A stretch of 64,000 nucleotides of DNA from Phoronis australis (lineage: Eukaryota; Animalia; Phoronida): assembly GCA_002633005.1 (NCBI GenBank), contig NMRA01000050.1, forward strand, positions 389,353 to 453,352, written 5' to 3'. Shown one piece after another: positions 60,130 through 64,000 of this stretch (the first letter of the stretch is position 1; every line of letters begins with the position of its first letter). The notes beneath the pieces were generated by a model that was not told the DNA's origin, searched no databases, and worked only from the letters and a program-made list of their open reading frames with translations. The position numbers and the translations under genes were made by a program.

Positions 60130-63100
60130 CGTTGATTCAAAGGGAGATGAACCTCAACTCAAAAAATGCGGTGACACTGACTACCTGTGCTGTCTCAAGG
60201 TCAATTCAGTGCCCACGCGCGGGAAGCCTTGCTTTTCGTGAACTTGGAATCCTGCTTAATTTAGAGATCGCGTATGCGTGAACTTGGAATACGCGATGCA
60301 ACTACAAGTTCACCCAAATAATCAAGTTCACGTTCATAAAAAAATGCTCTGCACTAAATCAAGTTACATTTGAATAAAATAATGCCAATTTTAGTCAACC
60401 AATAATTTATTATAGTTCAAGGTTATGTAGGATCACAGAATGTTGGAGCAACGTATCTCAACAATGCAGAGGGGCTATTAAGAATATGCCCATTTATCTC
60501 CACGAAAAAAATCAAAAAATGCATAAACGAAAGCGAAATGATCGTCTAAAAATGAAACCAAGTTTGTGACAATTGCTCTTGAACATTTAAATGAAGCTAA
60601 ATTTGGATGTTCAACAATACCGTTAATTGTTGCTAACTGTTACTAAAACAAGGTCACGTGATCCAATTTATTGCAGACGGATGAAAGCCAAAAATCAGAT
60701 TTTGCAGGCTTTCTACTTTCAGTAAACATTTAATTTTACTGAGTTAAATATATTATGCTTGTTTAGTTGTTATTGTTCAGTTATTCTTTTGCTAAAGTAT
60801 TTGTTGCGTCTCAGTGCGCCTTTGTTACGTGGGCATGCGGGCGCGACTGTATGTGTCGGGCACTGCGCTAGCGACAGGCTTCAGAGAAGGGTGCGTTTCC
60901 TTGTTTCTTTGGCAACTATGGATTGAGCTTATGTAACTTCGAACTGAACTGTAATGTACATGTATGTGTAAGGTGAAATACATATTTTGGTGTTCTTTGG
61001 AGATTTGATTTGTTACAGTAGAAATACAAGCAAGAGTGTTAGCACGCTAAAGGACTTTCATGCAATGCAACACAAATACAAGCTTCTCATAATTCAGACA
61101 AAAGCATGGGCGGCGCCCACCCCACCCCCTCTCCCCCAGCCGCCTATGGTCAACCGCAAATGAAAAGAATCTAATCACGTGGCATGTTTTCCCAATTACC
61201 ATCACGTTCTTTGTTTGGATAAACGACTTCAGCGTTGATATGTTCGTGCTTCTGCTAGGACCTCAGCTTCTCCGAAACACGAGGTTATCGTTTGCATTTA
61301 CAATAAAGATTGAATGTGAAATTTGCAGGCGCACTGTCCATAATTATGGAATGCCTTCAGTGACATTCTGTGAAGGTGCGCTCATTTAGCATTTCATTTT
61401 CATAAATTCATATTATTTTGAAGATTGTCAAAAAAGTTTTACTTTGGCTAGGAGTGAAAAAGTTTTGAAACAACCTAATAGCTCCAGTGATTTGAAGTAA
61501 AAATCGATTGATTATTCCAAGATTTAGGTGTGTATTAATGTTCCTTATTATTTTTTTTCTTTCAGCACATGCCCCTCTTGGCGACGATGGTGGAGGTATG
61601 CTATTTCTACATATTTTCAGCAAAAATGTAACTTCAAATGTGCTTGTTCTATTTAGACTGAGTTTAAAATAATGTTAGTTTGAGTCCAGATTTTGGCGTC
61701 GTTGCCTTCTATAACTGAAAAGGTTAGCAAAATTCTCGTGTTTTACACGAAGCGATACTGATTGTATTTGTCACGGATTAGACAGTTCATGACAAATTAG
61801 TCGTATTGTCATTCTTCTCGCAGAGTACCTCGGCTTTATTAACATTTTTCAAATTATTTTATAACAGCATCAAATTTTGTTGAATTCAGTCCATGCCCCC
61901 TTGAGTGATAGTTCGAGTTAACTTAAAATTGTAGAACAGTGTTTGTCTGGATACATCGTGCCATCTGCCATGATGAGCGGTAGTTGAAAATACATGGTTT
62001 ATCAGCAGAATTGAGGAATTTCAAGTAGTGCAAATAGTAAATGACTGCCTTGAACCATGTCGAGTGCTGAGTAACGATCAACGATCATGTACAAATAATA
62101 ACGATTGCTCTGAGAAATCTGAATAGATGCATGAGGCGCATGTTGTGAATTGCCCCAACTTCTTATCTTAAAATGAAGAGTTAGTTTGATTGCAGAAACC
62201 ATCAAGCACGATGTTATCTATTAAAAATGTTCTTCTCTTGGTTTTCATTTGAATAAATCAAAACGAAAAAAAAAATTATCGCACTTGAGATTTAGCTGTC
62301 CAGGACACTACATTTGGGTGTTTCCAATATCGAAAAGGGGTTGCTTAGAGACCGCACCCTGTTGACGTCATTTGGATGTTTAAACGCTGGATTAAAACAT
62401 AACGGTTTTCTTGTGAACATCGGTTTCAACTTTCGAGTTTCTTGAACAATCTAAAATAATTTTTTATCAAAAAATCCAAACATTTCGTGATAGATATGCA
62501 AACATAGACTGTCCGGTCCGTTTTGTAATACGGAAAACTACGTCGTGTGGTCAACGGGTGAAGATCTTTCAGTGCTATGATGCTTCAACTAATGAAACGT
62601 GGGGAGTGAGATTTCAAAGAACGATGTTGAGTTATTTTCCGTGTTTGAGAATCTAAACTTGGGATGGGCACAAAACGACTTTTAAGAATTAAAGATGTTC
62701 ACAGTTAACAGAACATGGCAATAGTCTCGTTCTCGGTCATATCTAGTCGCGTCGTGAATAATCTGTTTATTCGGAAAGATATAGCACTTGTATTATCTTA
62801 TCTTTTCGTTTCTATTGAGATCATCACTACGCATATAAAACATATTCAGGGAAGACCCAAGACACTCTGACACACGAAACGATGCAATAAGGCGTCATCA
62901 CACCTGGTTTTAGTGAGACTTGAGGTTTTTTGAAAACACTTGACATTTGAGTGCGCGTTACATTATCATGGGCTTTCACTTGCAAAAAACCTGCTAAGAA
63001 TATAAATCTTTAGTATTTTTTTATTTAGAAGTCTATATTTTCTTCAAAGCATTCCATGTAAAATTAACCAAATTGATATATTCCCCGTAAGTGGGTATTT

Positions 63101-63940
63101 TCACGTTTACTATTGGTAAACACTCGAGATATAATGTACAAATAAAGGATGGTATGACATCTGTTGGCTTATCTCTTTACATCGTGTTCTTATCAAGAAT
63201 TATATTTTTGTATTTATGATTGTTGATTAAGTTCTAAGATTTCGTTTGTATAAAGAATTACACGTTCTCGTTCTCGTGTATTGGACATCCCATGGCTGCG
63301 TTGTGCAATTTTGTGCGGAAATCTATGAAATACGTGTAAAATCTGTTAAAAAATAAAATCTTTCGCTGAATCTATTGTCAATTGCTAAACCCCACTGTTT
63401 ACTACTAAACAAGTACACGATCGTTTATCTATCGTCCTCGGGATAAATTAAGTTCATTATCTTTTCTCGTTTGAAAGGTCCTTCGATAACAAAATACAAT
63501 AAATCTTTTATTTATGGCTTTAGTATTTTAGTTTAGTCAATTTTTCAAAAGGACATGTTGACTTTTTAGAACAAAAATCAACTATTAATGGGTCTAATCT
63601 GAAATGTTATGACTTGTGATCTAACGTGTCAAATTGCATTTGTCTGGTTTTTCAAAAGGGTTCGTCGATGTTTTGAGTTTGCTTTGGAGCCCGCCTGAAA
63701 AATGGACTTATAATTCAGTAATTTTAAGCTGCGTGTTTGTCTTTTCGGCGTTTAAATGTGGAGATTTAACTCTGACCCCTGATCAATGAATTGACAAATT
63801 GAATTGAATACATTTTACATTTTATCTTGTTTTTGATTCGATCAGATGATGATATGTGAACGCAACATTCGATCCAGTACTACGAAAGAATAATTGCTTT
63901 TGTTTACAAAACCAACCTTCAAATTATGAATGTGTAAAGA

Positions 63941-64000
63941 GGCGGCAATTGTGGCCTAGTCGGTTAGCATTCGTTTCCTTTACTCGGGAGTTCGAGACCC
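63941..64000 (+). mobile_element. tRNA-derived SINE head, truncated by the window end
   Basis: A-box tggcctagtcgg and B-box gttcgagaccc, with no clean cloverleaf. A similar, more decayed head lies at ~10206-10260. Confidence 0.5.

Noticed and set aside
63941-64000. tRNA gene
   Set aside because: A and B boxes are present but there is no credible anticodon arm; better explained as a SINE head, and it is cut by the window end.

Overview
Eukaryotic, AT-rich, repeat-dense genomic DNA that looks like a marine invertebrate (inference from the repeat families; no prokaryotic operons, rRNA or CRISPR). Three spliced genes can be reconstructed by hand. (1) A minus-strand classical short-chain dehydrogenase/reductase (RDH11-14/WWOX-like) with six phase-compatible coding exons from 18297 down to about 2448/2474. 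(2) A plus-strand Reeler-domain protein with a signal peptide (32086-41989) and two candidate last exons, one of them resembling a GPI-anchor signal. (3) The first, signal-peptide exon of an unidentified gene at 58201. The rest is mostly decayed mobile DNA: an AcademX-like element nested in a 7.2-kb TIR element, a Sola3-like element with TTAA TSDs, a hAT transposase relic, a Penelope-like fragment with an inverted pLTR and degenerate hammerhead-like motif, a CR1-type 3' end, tRNA-like SINE heads, MITEs, minisatellites, and three Helentron/HINE-like arrays carrying a CTCF-like motif about every 145 bp. Nearly all ORFs in the supplied track are spurious. I found no evidence that proves a new biological system. 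The best leads are the periodic CTCF-motif arrays, the Penelope fold-back junction and the candidate secreted/GPI switch of the Reeler gene.
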